Assembly: GCA_965116905.1 (NCBI GenBank)
Contig: OZ220732.1
Coordinates: 1,856,001-1,920,000, forward strand
Direction: 5' to 3'
Length of the DNA stretch: 64,000 nt
Source of the DNA: Longimicrobiales bacterium
Lineage (GTDB): Bacteria > Gemmatimonadota > Gemmatimonadetes > Longimicrobiales > Gaopeijiaceae
Positions within the stretch are counted from its first letter, which is position 1; each line of letters opens with the position of its first letter. Both the position numbers and the translations under genes were made by a program. Positions 28,399 to 37,308 of this stretch are shown piece by piece. Below the pieces are notes generated by a model. That model searched no databases and was not told the origin of the DNA. It saw only the letters and a list, made by a program, of their open reading frames with translations.

Positions 28399-29775
28399 TT
28401 GCAGCACCCTGTGAATCGTCGCGCCAGGACCCTCGGGCTACCGTGGCTGTTGGTCGTGTGCATGGTCGCTGCCTGCGGCGGGGGCGAAAGCGGCACCGCG
28501 CCGACCGATACCAATCAGGCGCCGACGGCCGTGGGCTCGATCCCGGCCCAGACCGTAACGGCCGGAGAGGTCGTCTCCTTCGATGTAGCATCGTACTTCA
28601 GCGACCCGGACGGTGACGCGCTGAGCTATGCGGCTGCGACTTCCAGCCCCGCAATCGCGTCGCCCACGGTTTCCGGCAGCACGTTGACGATCGCGGGAGT
28701 GTCCGACGGCGCGGCGACGGTGACGGTGACGGCGCGTGACCCGGGAGGCCTCACTGCGACGCAGAACGCCGCGGTCACGGTGGAGCGGCCAAACGGGCCG
28801 CCGATGCCCGCCGGCTCGATCCCCGCCCAGGTCCTCGAGGCAGACACGGAAGTCTCCTTCAACCTCGCGGAGTACTTCAGCGACCCGGACGGGGACGCGC
28901 TGACCTTCGCGGCATCCTCGTCCAACACGGATGTGGCTGCCACGCAGATTTCGGGCAGCCTCCTGACCATCACCGCCGTGGCACCGGGGGACGCGACGGT
29001 AACGGCGACGGCCACCGATCCGGGCGACCTGTCCGCCGAACAGGCGGTCACGGTCACCGTGGAAGAAGCGTCCATGGACCGGGAGATCCTGACCGCGTTC
29101 TACATTGGAACGGACGGCGCGGGCTGGAGAAACAACGCCAACTGGCTCAGCGAGGGTGCACTTGGCTCCTGGCACGGAGTTACGACGGATGATCGCGACC
29201 GCGTCACTCATCTTGAGCTGCCCAACAACGGCTTGCGCAACGCGATTCCGCGTGAACTCGGTGGACTGAAGAAGCTCGTCCGGCTGGACCTGAACAACAA
29301 TCGGTTTCTGAAAGGGATGATTCCGCGAGAACTCGGCGATCTCGAAGACCTGGAATGGCTGGATCTCAGCGAGACCCTGTTCTTCGCTCGCGGCGCGCTT
29401 CCTCCCGAGCTTGGGCAACTGAAGAAGCTGAAGCACCTCGACCTCAGCGAGATCGTCTGGTGGTCGCCTGACGATCCGACGATACCGTCGGAATGGGGGA
29501 ACATGGAGAGTCTGGAAACCCTGAACCTGAGCCACATCGGACTCAGGGGCATACTCCCTCCGCAGCTCGGCAATCTGACAAACCTCAAGCGCCTCGAAAT
29601 CAGCTACAATGTGTTCGAAGGGTCGATCCCGCGTGAATTCCTGAATCTCATGCTTGACAGGTTTTACTGGGTCGCGACGCAACAGCTGTGTGCTCCCGCC
29701 GACGACGAATTCCAGGCGTGGCTCAACGCGATTCCCGACCACAAGGGTCACTGGACCTGTGCGTCGGGTGGATAG
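28399..29775 (+). CDS. Lipoprotein with two Ig/cadherin-like repeats and LRR domain
   Basis: Lipobox VAAC; YFSDPDGDAL x2; NWLS...WHGV cap; LxxLxxLDL..N...G.IP repeats. Confidence 0.9.
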   Translation: MQHPVNRRARTLGLPWLLVVCMVAACGGGESGTAPTDTNQAPTAVGSIPAQTVTAGEVVSFDVASYFSDPDGDALSYAAATSSPAIASPTVSGSTLTIAGVSDGAATVTVTARDPGGLTATQNAAVTVERPNGPPMPAGSIPAQVLEADTEVSFNLAEYFSDPDGDALTFAASSSNTDVAATQISGSLLTITAVAPGDATVTATATDPGDLSAEQAVTVTVEEASMDREILTAFYIGTDGAGWRNNANWLSEGALGSWHGVTTDDRDRVTHLELPNNGLRNAIPRELGGLKKLVRLDLNNNRFLKGMIPRELGDLEDLEWLDLSETLFFARGALPPELGQLKKLKHLDLSEIVWWSPDDPTIPSEWGNMESLETLNLSHIGLRGILPPQLGNLTNLKRLEISYNVFEGSIPREFLNLMLDRFYWVATQQLCAPADDEFQAWLNAIPDHKGHWTCASGG

Positions 29776-31123
29776 GGCAACAGGGCTCGGCCCGGTCCTG
29801 CTGTGGGTCGGGTGGATGGTCGCCTGCGGCGGCGACGGCGGCGGCACGGGACCGTCCGATGACAACCGGGCCCCGGCGGCCGTGGGCACGATACCGGCGC
29901 AAACGGTCACGGCTGGGGAGATCGTGTCCCTCGATGTCACCTCCTACTTCAGTGATCCGGACGGCGATGCGCTGACCTACGCGGCCGCAACGTCCAGCCC
30001 CGCGGTCGCGTCGCCGACGGTTTCGGGCACGACCCTGACGATCGCGGGAGTGTCCGAGGGTTCGGCGGCGGTGACCGTCACGGCCAGCGACACCGGGGGA
30101 CTCACCGCGACCCAGAACGTCTCCGTGACGGTGCAGCGGCCCAACGAGGCTCCAGCCGTTACCGGAACAATCCCTCCCCAGGTCATCGATGCCGGTGGCG
30201 AGGTCTCCGTCAACCTTGCGGACTATTTCGGCGATCCCGACGGGGACGCGCTGATCTATTCGGCCTCGTCGTCCAGCGTCACCGTGGCCACCGTGCGGGT
30301 CGCGGGCAGCATCATGACCATCGCCGGGGCGGCGCCGGGCGACGCGACCGTGACCGCGACCGCCACCGACCCCGGTGACCTCTCCGCGAGCCAGGCCGTG
30401 ATGGTGACGGTCGAAGAGCCGTCGATGGACCGGGAGATCCTGCGCACGCTCTTCATCAACACGAGCGGAGGGAGCTGGACCAACAGCGGTGGCTGGCTGA
30501 CCGACGCCCCGCTCGACGACTGGTACGGCGTCAAGGCCGACAATCGTGACCGAGTTTCGGCGCTGGACCTGCCGGACAATTGGCTGCAGAACCGGATTCC
30601 GGGCGAACTCGGCGGACTGAAGCTTCTGGTCCGGCTGGACCTCAGCGAGAACAGGATGGAGGGCATGATCCCGCGCGAACTCGGCGACCTGGCGAATCTC
30701 GAGTGGCTGGACCTCAGCAACAGCCTGTTCTTCGCGCGCGGCACGATTCCGCCCGAGCTCGGCAAACTGAAGAAGCTGAAGCGGATGGACCTCAGCGAGA
30801 CCAGCTTCTTCGGGAGTGACGCCCGTCTTCCGAGTGAATTCGCGAATCTGGAGAGCCTGGAGCGACTGGACCTGAGAGATGCCGATCTGCATGGCAAGCT
30901 TCCGGTGCAACTGGGCGAGCTCCAGAATCTCAAGTGGCTGGACATCAGCGACAATTGGATGGAGGGCGAAATCCCGCGCGAGTGGATGAACCTCGATCTC
31001 GAGTACTTCCACTGGAAGCCCATCCTGGACAGCGTCGATCTCTGCGCGCCCGCCGATGCGGCTTTCCAGGCGTGGCTGAATTCGATTCCCGACCATGAGG
31101 GGGGTCGGACTTGCGGCGGATAG
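29759..31123 (+). CDS. Tandem paralog: Ig-like plus LRR lipoprotein
   Basis: MVACGG lipobox and same architecture; start uncertain (GTG 29759 or 29768). Confidence 0.88.
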   Translation: MRRVDRATGLGPVLLWVGWMVACGGDGGGTGPSDDNRAPAAVGTIPAQTVTAGEIVSLDVTSYFSDPDGDALTYAAATSSPAVASPTVSGTTLTIAGVSEGSAAVTVTASDTGGLTATQNVSVTVQRPNEAPAVTGTIPPQVIDAGGEVSVNLADYFGDPDGDALIYSASSSSVTVATVRVAGSIMTIAGAAPGDATVTATATDPGDLSASQAVMVTVEEPSMDREILRTLFINTSGGSWTNSGGWLTDAPLDDWYGVKADNRDRVSALDLPDNWLQNRIPGELGGLKLLVRLDLSENRMEGMIPRELGDLANLEWLDLSNSLFFARGTIPPELGKLKKLKRMDLSETSFFGSDARLPSEFANLESLERLDLRDADLHGKLPVQLGELQNLKWLDISDNWMEGEIPREWMNLDLEYFHWKPILDSVDLCAPADAAFQAWLNSIPDHEGGRTCGG

Positions 31124-32736
31124 GTGGCGCACTCCGCCTCGCCACGACCGTCGCGGTGATCGGCCTGGCGGCCCCGGCGGCACCGGGTATCGGCGAGGCG
31201 GCTTTCGGCCAGTCGATCCCGCTTTCCGAGGCCACGATCGCCGACCTCAACGCCGCTTTTGCGTCAGGATCGCTCACCTCGGAGCGCCTCGTCGAGCTCT
31301 ACCTTGCGCGCATACGGGCGTACGACGACCAGGGGCCGCGCCTGAACGCGATGATCGCCCTCAACCCACGCGCACTGGAAACCGCCCGGGCCCTCGACGA
31401 CGAGCGCCGGAGAAGCGGGCCGCGCTCGGCGCTGCACGGTATTCCGGTCATCCTGAAGGACAACGTGGACACGCACGACATGCCCACGACCGCGGGGTCA
31501 ATCCTGCTCAAGGGCTCGATCCCGCCTGACGACGCCTTCATCGTGCAAAAGCTGCGCGACGCGGGCGCCATCATCCTGGCCAAGGCGAACATGAGCGAGC
31601 TCGCCTCGGGCGTGCAGATGAGTTCGATCGACGGCCCCATGCGCAATCCGCATAATCTGGGCCGCACCCCGTCGGGATCGTCCGGGGGCACCGGGGTGGC
31701 CATCGCGGCCTCGTACGCACAGCTCGGCATCGGCACCGACACCGGCGGATCGGTCCGGGGGCCCTCCACCTCGAACGGCGTTGCGGGGCTCAAGCCCACG
31801 CTGGGACTGCTGAGCCGGGACGGGATCGTGCCCCTCGCGCTCTCCTTCGACACTGCGGGCCCGATGGCCCGGAATGTCTACGACCTGGCCGCCATGCTTG
31901 GCGCGATGGTGGGCGTGGACCCCGCCGACGAGGCTACTCTGGCGAGCCAGGGGCGGTTTGAGACCGACTACACCTCTTTCCTGGACGCCGCTGCTCTCGC
32001 CGGCGCCCGGGTCGGCGTCGCCCGCGACTTCCTCGGCTACGACACCGAGGTCGACTGGATCATCGAGGCCGCGCTCGACCGCATGCGCGAGGCCGGCGCG
32101 ACGGTGGTCGACGTGCGCTACCCGTCCTGGCTTCTCGACGTCAAGGCCGATTTCTACCAGACCATCCGCTTCCGCGAGTTCCCGGTGCAGATGGAGGCTT
32201 ACCTGGCCACGCTGTCGCCGGGCTATCCGCGCACCGTGGAGGAGATGGCAGAGCGTGCGAAGCAGGTCCTCGCGCCGATGCCCGACGGCGGCAGGCCCAA
32301 TCCCACGCGCTGGAGCTTCTTCGAGCAGGAACTGGCCGGTGGATCGCTCGACGACGCCGAGTACGCGGCGATGCGCGACCACGGTCTGCCGCTGGTCCGC
32401 GACCTCCTGGTCGGCGTGCTCGACGACCACGGCCTCGACGCGATCGTCTACCCCACGTCACCCACGCGGCCCGGTCCCGCGGGCGTCTACCGCGGCTCGT
32501 CGGCCCCCAATCCGGCGCCGTCCGCGACCAACCTGGCCAACCTGAGCGGCCTCCCCGACCTGATCGTGCCTGCCGGCTACACGGGCGACCGCCTCCCGGT
32601 CGGGATTTCCTTCCTGGGGCGCGAGTTCAGCGAGGCCCGGCTGCTCGCGCTGGGATATGCGTTCGAGCAGGCGACCCGCGTGAGGCGCGACCCGGTGCAT
32701 GCGCCCGCGCTGCCGGGAGATACGATCCCGCGCTGA
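31111..32736 (+). CDS. Amidase signature family protein (secreted)
   Basis: LKDN, GSSGG, GTDTGGSVRGP. Confidence 0.92.
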   Translation: MRRIGGALRLATTVAVIGLAAPAAPGIGEAAFGQSIPLSEATIADLNAAFASGSLTSERLVELYLARIRAYDDQGPRLNAMIALNPRALETARALDDERRRSGPRSALHGIPVILKDNVDTHDMPTTAGSILLKGSIPPDDAFIVQKLRDAGAIILAKANMSELASGVQMSSIDGPMRNPHNLGRTPSGSSGGTGVAIAASYAQLGIGTDTGGSVRGPSTSNGVAGLKPTLGLLSRDGIVPLALSFDTAGPMARNVYDLAAMLGAMVGVDPADEATLASQGRFETDYTSFLDAAALAGARVGVARDFLGYDTEVDWIIEAALDRMREAGATVVDVRYPSWLLDVKADFYQTIRFREFPVQMEAYLATLSPGYPRTVEEMAERAKQVLAPMPDGGRPNPTRWSFFEQELAGGSLDDAEYAAMRDHGLPLVRDLLVGVLDDHGLDAIVYPTSPTRPGPAGVYRGSSAPNPAPSATNLANLSGLPDLIVPAGYTGDRLPVGISFLGREFSEARLLALGYAFEQATRVRRDPVHAPALPGDTIPR

Positions 32737-32814
32737 AGGCCCATCTGCGCTGCACGCCGCGGCGCACGCTGCGTTGCACGAGGATCGCGCCGCGCCGAAC
32801 GAGTAACGAGTCGC

Positions 32815-35800
32815 CTATTCCGCCCTGGCCTCTGCAGCCATGACCAGCGACGGCAGCAGGTAGAGTATGAAGAAGCCGGAGAATACCAGTCCGCCGAGCA
32901 TGCTCACAACGAAGGGCACGAGAATCATCAGTTCCTCGGTCCGCACGTAGAGCAGGGGTGCGAGCGCCAGGATTGTCGTCAGGCTGGTCAGAAACACCGC
33001 CCGGAAACGATGGCGGGTTGCGGCGGATGCGGCGGCGATCGCCGGGATCATGCTGCTCTCTCGGCGCAGGACGTTGTAGCGATCCATCAGCACGAGCGCG
33101 TCGTTTACGATGACGCCCGCGACTCCGATCACCCCGAACAGCGACATGGCGCTGAAGTCCCATCCCAGGATCCAGTGACTCACGACCGCTCCCGCAAACG
33201 CGATCGGAATACCGACGACGGCGATCACGGGTTTCCAGTAGCTGCGGAGGAAGGCAGCGATCAGGACATACATCGCGATGAGCAGCAGGGGAATCAGCAC
33301 GGCCAGGGTCCCAAGCAGGTTGCCCTCCGTGCGGGCGCTGCCGTGGGGTTCGATTCGGAGATTCCGGTAGCTCTCGAGCAGCTCCGGAACAAGGTTCTCG
33401 TTTATCTGGCGCCTGGCCTGTAGGGGGGTCAGCAGGGCAGGGTCGGCTTCGGCGCTCACGAGGGCGGTCTGCTGTCCGTCGATGCTGACCAGTGCAGACA
33501 GTTCGCGCCGCTCGCTCAGATCGGCCACCGTTGAGAGAGGGACCTCTCCTCCGGATGCCGGGGGGGCCGGGCTGGCGCGATTCTCCCCGGTGCCGGGCCG
33601 ATGGATCCGTTCGCTGGCGAGCTCGCGCATGCTCTGGCGCCGTTCCCTGGGGTATCTCACCATCACCCTGATCTCATCGTGGCCGCGCTGAATGCGCTGG
33701 ACCTCCGCCCCATGGAAACTGGCACGGAGCTGTACCCCTATCCCGGCGGGCGTCAGCCCCGCCGCCTTCCCCGCAGGAGTCAGTTCGATTTCGAATTGAC
33801 GCTTGCCCAGCACCAGGTTGTCGGCGATTCCGTATATCCCGGGCATGGACGCCATCGATGCGGTCAGCTCGTTCGTGGCGGCTCGCAGGCTGTCCAGGTC
33901 GTCGTGCTTCAGGGCGTAGGCCACGCCCGCCTCGGACTGCGTGCGCTGCGTGTAATAGGTCACGTTCTGCAGGTACGACACATCGCCGGCGTTCTCGCGC
34001 CATTGACGCGTGATCCCCGGTACCGACATGCGCCGGATCGGCCGCTCATGCAGATGGACCACTACGGATGCCAGGTGGCTTCTGTTGGGACCGGCTTCGG
34101 CTGTTCGCCGCGAGAGGACGTTGCCGGCGATGATGCTGACCGCCTCGACCGACGTTCCTTCGCTCTGATCATTCACGGCCAGTGCCGCGTCGGAGAATCG
34201 CTCCGCCGCGGCGAGCGTCACCTCGAACGGCGTGCCCACGGGCAGCGTGAGGTCGGCCTGAATGTTCTCGGAGGAATTCAGCACTTCGTCGAAGTAGACG
34301 ATGCGCACGGCGTCGCTCCGGAGCAGCAGGAGTGCGAACAGGACGAGCAGGGTCCCCAGAACCGGCGCAAACCAGAGGTGGCGAATGGACCAGGAGACCG
34401 CGGGCACCACGACCATGTCGCGAAGCGTCTGCAAGCGAGCGTGTGCCCGATGCTGAAAGTCTGACAGCGGCGGCAGGCTCCAGCGCCCCCGATGGGACAG
34501 GTGGGCCGGCAATATGAAGAATGCCTCGATCAGCGAGACCGTAAGGACAAAGAGTGCCACATACGGGAACACGTTGACGATCTGGAGTCGAGGGGGGGTG
34601 ATGAAGAGAAGCGGGATGAACGCGAGCATTGTGGTTACCGCACCGATTGTGATCGGCCCCACCATGGCGCGTGCGCCCGACACCGCGGCCTCAAGTGGAC
34701 CCTTCCCGCCCTCTCGTTCGGCCGCGATGCTGTCGCCGACGACCACCGCGTCGTCCACGACGATGCCCACCATCAGGAAGAACGCGAAGATCGTTCCCAG
34801 ATTGAGCGTGAGGCCGCTCATTCCGAAGAAGATCAGGGAACCCAGAAAGGACAGGGGAATGCCCAGGGTGACCCAGGTGGCCACACGAAGGTCGAAAAAC
34901 ACGACAAGGCACAGCAGGACCAGTATTGTGCCCACCACTGCGTTTCCGACGATCGACGATATCGTGTGGACGGCATCGCCCGCCCGGTCGCTCCAGATGC
35001 CGATCTCGACGTTCGGAGGAGGCTGGTAGCTCGCAAGCCAGCTTCTGATGTCGTCGCCCATGGTCACGATCGACTGCTGCCCGGACGCGTCGACGCGAAC
35101 CAGTATGGCGGGGTCTCCATCAACCCGGGTGACGATGTCTTCGTCCACGAACCCGTCACGAATCTCCGCAACCTCGCCGACGGTGAGAATCGAGCCATCG
35201 AGCCGCGTGATTACCGGAATGTCCTCGAACTCCTCGCCGAACTGCCGCTTGGAGACGGTGTGCAGCACGAGGCCTCCGGCGTCCGTACGCAGTTCGCCAA
35301 AGGTCAAATTCAGGGAGGCACGCCGAATCGCATCCGTGATCTGGTTGATGGAGAGTCCGTTGCGGCGCAGCTCCACCTCGCTCAGCTCGATCGAAATCTC
35401 GCGATCCCGCGTGCCGAGGAGCGTCACCTGGGAAACGGACGGCAGCTCGAGCAGCCCTTCCCGCAACGCCTGGGCGGCCAGCCGCAATTCGTTCTCGGTG
35501 GCCGATGCGGACGAGACGGAGAGCGTCAGAACCTCGATCTCCAACCGATTGTATTCGATCTCGGGCTGTTCCGCGGAAACCGGCGGAAAGTTCTCGATAC
35601 GGTCCACGGCATTCTTGACGTCGTCCAGGACGGCGGCGGCGTCCGCGAAGGTGGCCAGTTCGACCGTGACGTGGGCAAGCCCCTCATAGGCCGCTGCAAC
35701 GACACGCTCCACCCCTGGCAGCCCGACCACGTTTTCCTCGAGCCGCCGTACGATGTCCTCCCGAACCTCCCTGGGCGAGGAACCGGGCGACCTGACGGAG

Positions 35801-35946
35801 ACGGTGACGCTGCGGAGGTCGATCTCCGGAAAGTTCTGGACAGGGAGGTTGGAGCCCGCGATCAGGCCGCCGACGATGAAGAACAGCATTAGGAGGTTCG
35901 CGGCGACCGGATTTCCGGCGAAGTATGCGATCAGCCCGTTTTTCAC
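32815..35946 (-). CDS. RND efflux permease (AcrB/AcrD/AcrF family)
   Basis: 1043 aa, NPVAANLLM, GIVVDDAVVV, GVIVNDALV, RFRAVFLTSLTT. Confidence 0.93.
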   Translation of the reverse strand: MKNGLIAYFAGNPVAANLLMLFFIVGGLIAGSNLPVQNFPEIDLRSVTVSVRSPGSSPREVREDIVRRLEENVVGLPGVERVVAAAYEGLAHVTVELATFADAAAVLDDVKNAVDRIENFPPVSAEQPEIEYNRLEIEVLTLSVSSASATENELRLAAQALREGLLELPSVSQVTLLGTRDREISIELSEVELRRNGLSINQITDAIRRASLNLTFGELRTDAGGLVLHTVSKRQFGEEFEDIPVITRLDGSILTVGEVAEIRDGFVDEDIVTRVDGDPAILVRVDASGQQSIVTMGDDIRSWLASYQPPPNVEIGIWSDRAGDAVHTISSIVGNAVVGTILVLLCLVVFFDLRVATWVTLGIPLSFLGSLIFFGMSGLTLNLGTIFAFFLMVGIVVDDAVVVGDSIAAEREGGKGPLEAAVSGARAMVGPITIGAVTTMLAFIPLLFITPPRLQIVNVFPYVALFVLTVSLIEAFFILPAHLSHRGRWSLPPLSDFQHRAHARLQTLRDMVVVPAVSWSIRHLWFAPVLGTLLVLFALLLLRSDAVRIVYFDEVLNSSENIQADLTLPVGTPFEVTLAAAERFSDAALAVNDQSEGTSVEAVSIIAGNVLSRRTAEAGPNRSHLASVVVHLHERPIRRMSVPGITRQWRENAGDVSYLQNVTYYTQRTQSEAGVAYALKHDDLDSLRAATNELTASMASMPGIYGIADNLVLGKRQFEIELTPAGKAAGLTPAGIGVQLRASFHGAEVQRIQRGHDEIRVMVRYPRERRQSMRELASERIHRPGTGENRASPAPPASGGEVPLSTVADLSERRELSALVSIDGQQTALVSAEADPALLTPLQARRQINENLVPELLESYRNLRIEPHGSARTEGNLLGTLAVLIPLLLIAMYVLIAAFLRSYWKPVIAVVGIPIAFAGAVVSHWILGWDFSAMSLFGVIGVAGVIVNDALVLMDRYNVLRRESSMIPAIAAASAATRHRFRAVFLTSLTTILALAPLLYVRTEELMILVPFVVSMLGGLVFSGFFILYLLPSLVMAAEARAE

Positions 35947-35951
35947 AGGCC

Positions 35952-37037
35952 CTAGGACCCTGCGTCCGCCAACTCGACCGCCAGTCCTTCCCGTGCCCCG
36001 GGCAGGGCGCCGATGACGATGCCGTCGGCCGCGTCAAATGCCTCGACCACCAGTCCCTCGCTGGTCCACCCGATCGCGTTGGGGACGACCCGACGCAGGG
36101 TACTGTTTTCGACAACCCACACGGCGTCGTCCTGCTGCAGAACCGATTCCGGCAGCAGATAGACGTTTCGGTGTGGGGGGCCCTCGATCTCAACTTCGGC
36201 GAAGGTGTTCGGCAGAGGCAGCGAGCTGGTACGCCGAGCGGGCGAGAACCGCAGGAAGATCGTGGACAGACGCGTCCTCGGTGCAAGCACGGATGAGACG
36301 CGGACAATCCTCGCAGCATGAACGCCGGAATCCGTGGATACCCGCGCGGAGCGGCCGACTGCCGGGGCCAGATAGGCCAGGTCGGCCACCTCGATCGGTA
36401 CATCGACCTCCAGTGCGTCGGTGCTGTAGACGATGCCCAGCATCGCCTGGGCGCCGACAAGCTCCGGCGGGCCGACCAGCTCACCCACGCTCACATCCGC
36501 GCTGATCACCCGAGCCTCGTAGGGCAGGGAGATTTCCGTGCGGCTGAGCGCGAGTTCGGCCAGGCGCAGCGCGATTCGAGCGCTCTCGAGCGCGGCTGCG
36601 GATGCGGGCCCGGGCTGTGTCGACAGTCGCGCCTCGGCCTCCGCAACCGCGTAGTGCGCGGCTTGTACCTCGAGCGAGTACTTGACCGTGTCAATCCTCA
36701 CGAAGGGCTCGTCTGCCGCGAGTCTCCCCCCGTTGGTGAACTCCGGAGATACCCAGGTCACGCGGCCTCCCACTTCGGCCATCACCGAGACGCGGTCCGC
36801 GAGTGTGACCGTACCCGTGAGTTCCACGGTCATCGACTCTTCGGTCACGACCGGGTCGAATGTGCTGACCGTCGGCGTCCCGGATTCGACCGCGGCTCTG
36901 GAACCCACGTCGACTTCGACTCGGGCGGGCGCGCGGGCCATGCGCAGGGCGACTACGACCAGAAACGCGATGAGGAGCAGTTGCGCGTACCCGCGCCACC
37001 TCGGTCGATTACCTCGGTCAGCAGAATCGCTTGGCAT
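35952..37037 (-). CDS. RND periplasmic adaptor (MFP)
   Basis: N-terminal TM, AEVGGRV, RTEISLPY; upstream of the RND permease. Confidence 0.88.
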   Translation of the reverse strand: MPSDSADRGNRPRWRGYAQLLLIAFLVVVALRMARAPARVEVDVGSRAAVESGTPTVSTFDPVVTEESMTVELTGTVTLADRVSVMAEVGGRVTWVSPEFTNGGRLAADEPFVRIDTVKYSLEVQAAHYAVAEAEARLSTQPGPASAAALESARIALRLAELALSRTEISLPYEARVISADVSVGELVGPPELVGAQAMLGIVYSTDALEVDVPIEVADLAYLAPAVGRSARVSTDSGVHAARIVRVSSVLAPRTRLSTIFLRFSPARRTSSLPLPNTFAEVEIEGPPHRNVYLLPESVLQQDDAVWVVENSTLRRVVPNAIGWTSEGLVVEAFDAADGIVIGALPGAREGLAVELADAGS

Positions 37038-37220
37038 CGTTCAACCGTTGCGTCTTGAAGGGGTCGGGTAGCCATCTTAACCGCTTGTGCGAATAACCAC
37101 AACTTCGCTCCAACCGTCTGCCGCCAGCATCGGGCAACGGGTTCGCCGTCAGCGTTGTCGGCCCTTAGCTTCCTGTATGGACAGCTGGCAGGATGGCACC
37201 TTTTGTGGGAGCCAGGGGAA

Positions 37221-37274
37221 CAAGGTTCCGTGATCCCACCAGGTCCCGCGATCCCACAAGGTCCCGCGATCCCG
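37221..37274. repeat. 3 x 18-bp tandem repeat upstream of the TBDR
   Basis: CAAGGTTCCGTGATCCCA / CCAGGTCCCGCGATCCCA / CAAGGTCCCGCGATCCCG. Confidence 0.85.
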
Positions 37275-37308
37275 CCGCATGCGCCCCACGACACGAGGAT
37301 GGAGTCTC

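Noticed and set aside
37221..37274. CRISPR array
   Set aside because: Contiguous tandem units with no spacers and no cas genes; the same applies to 60942-60989
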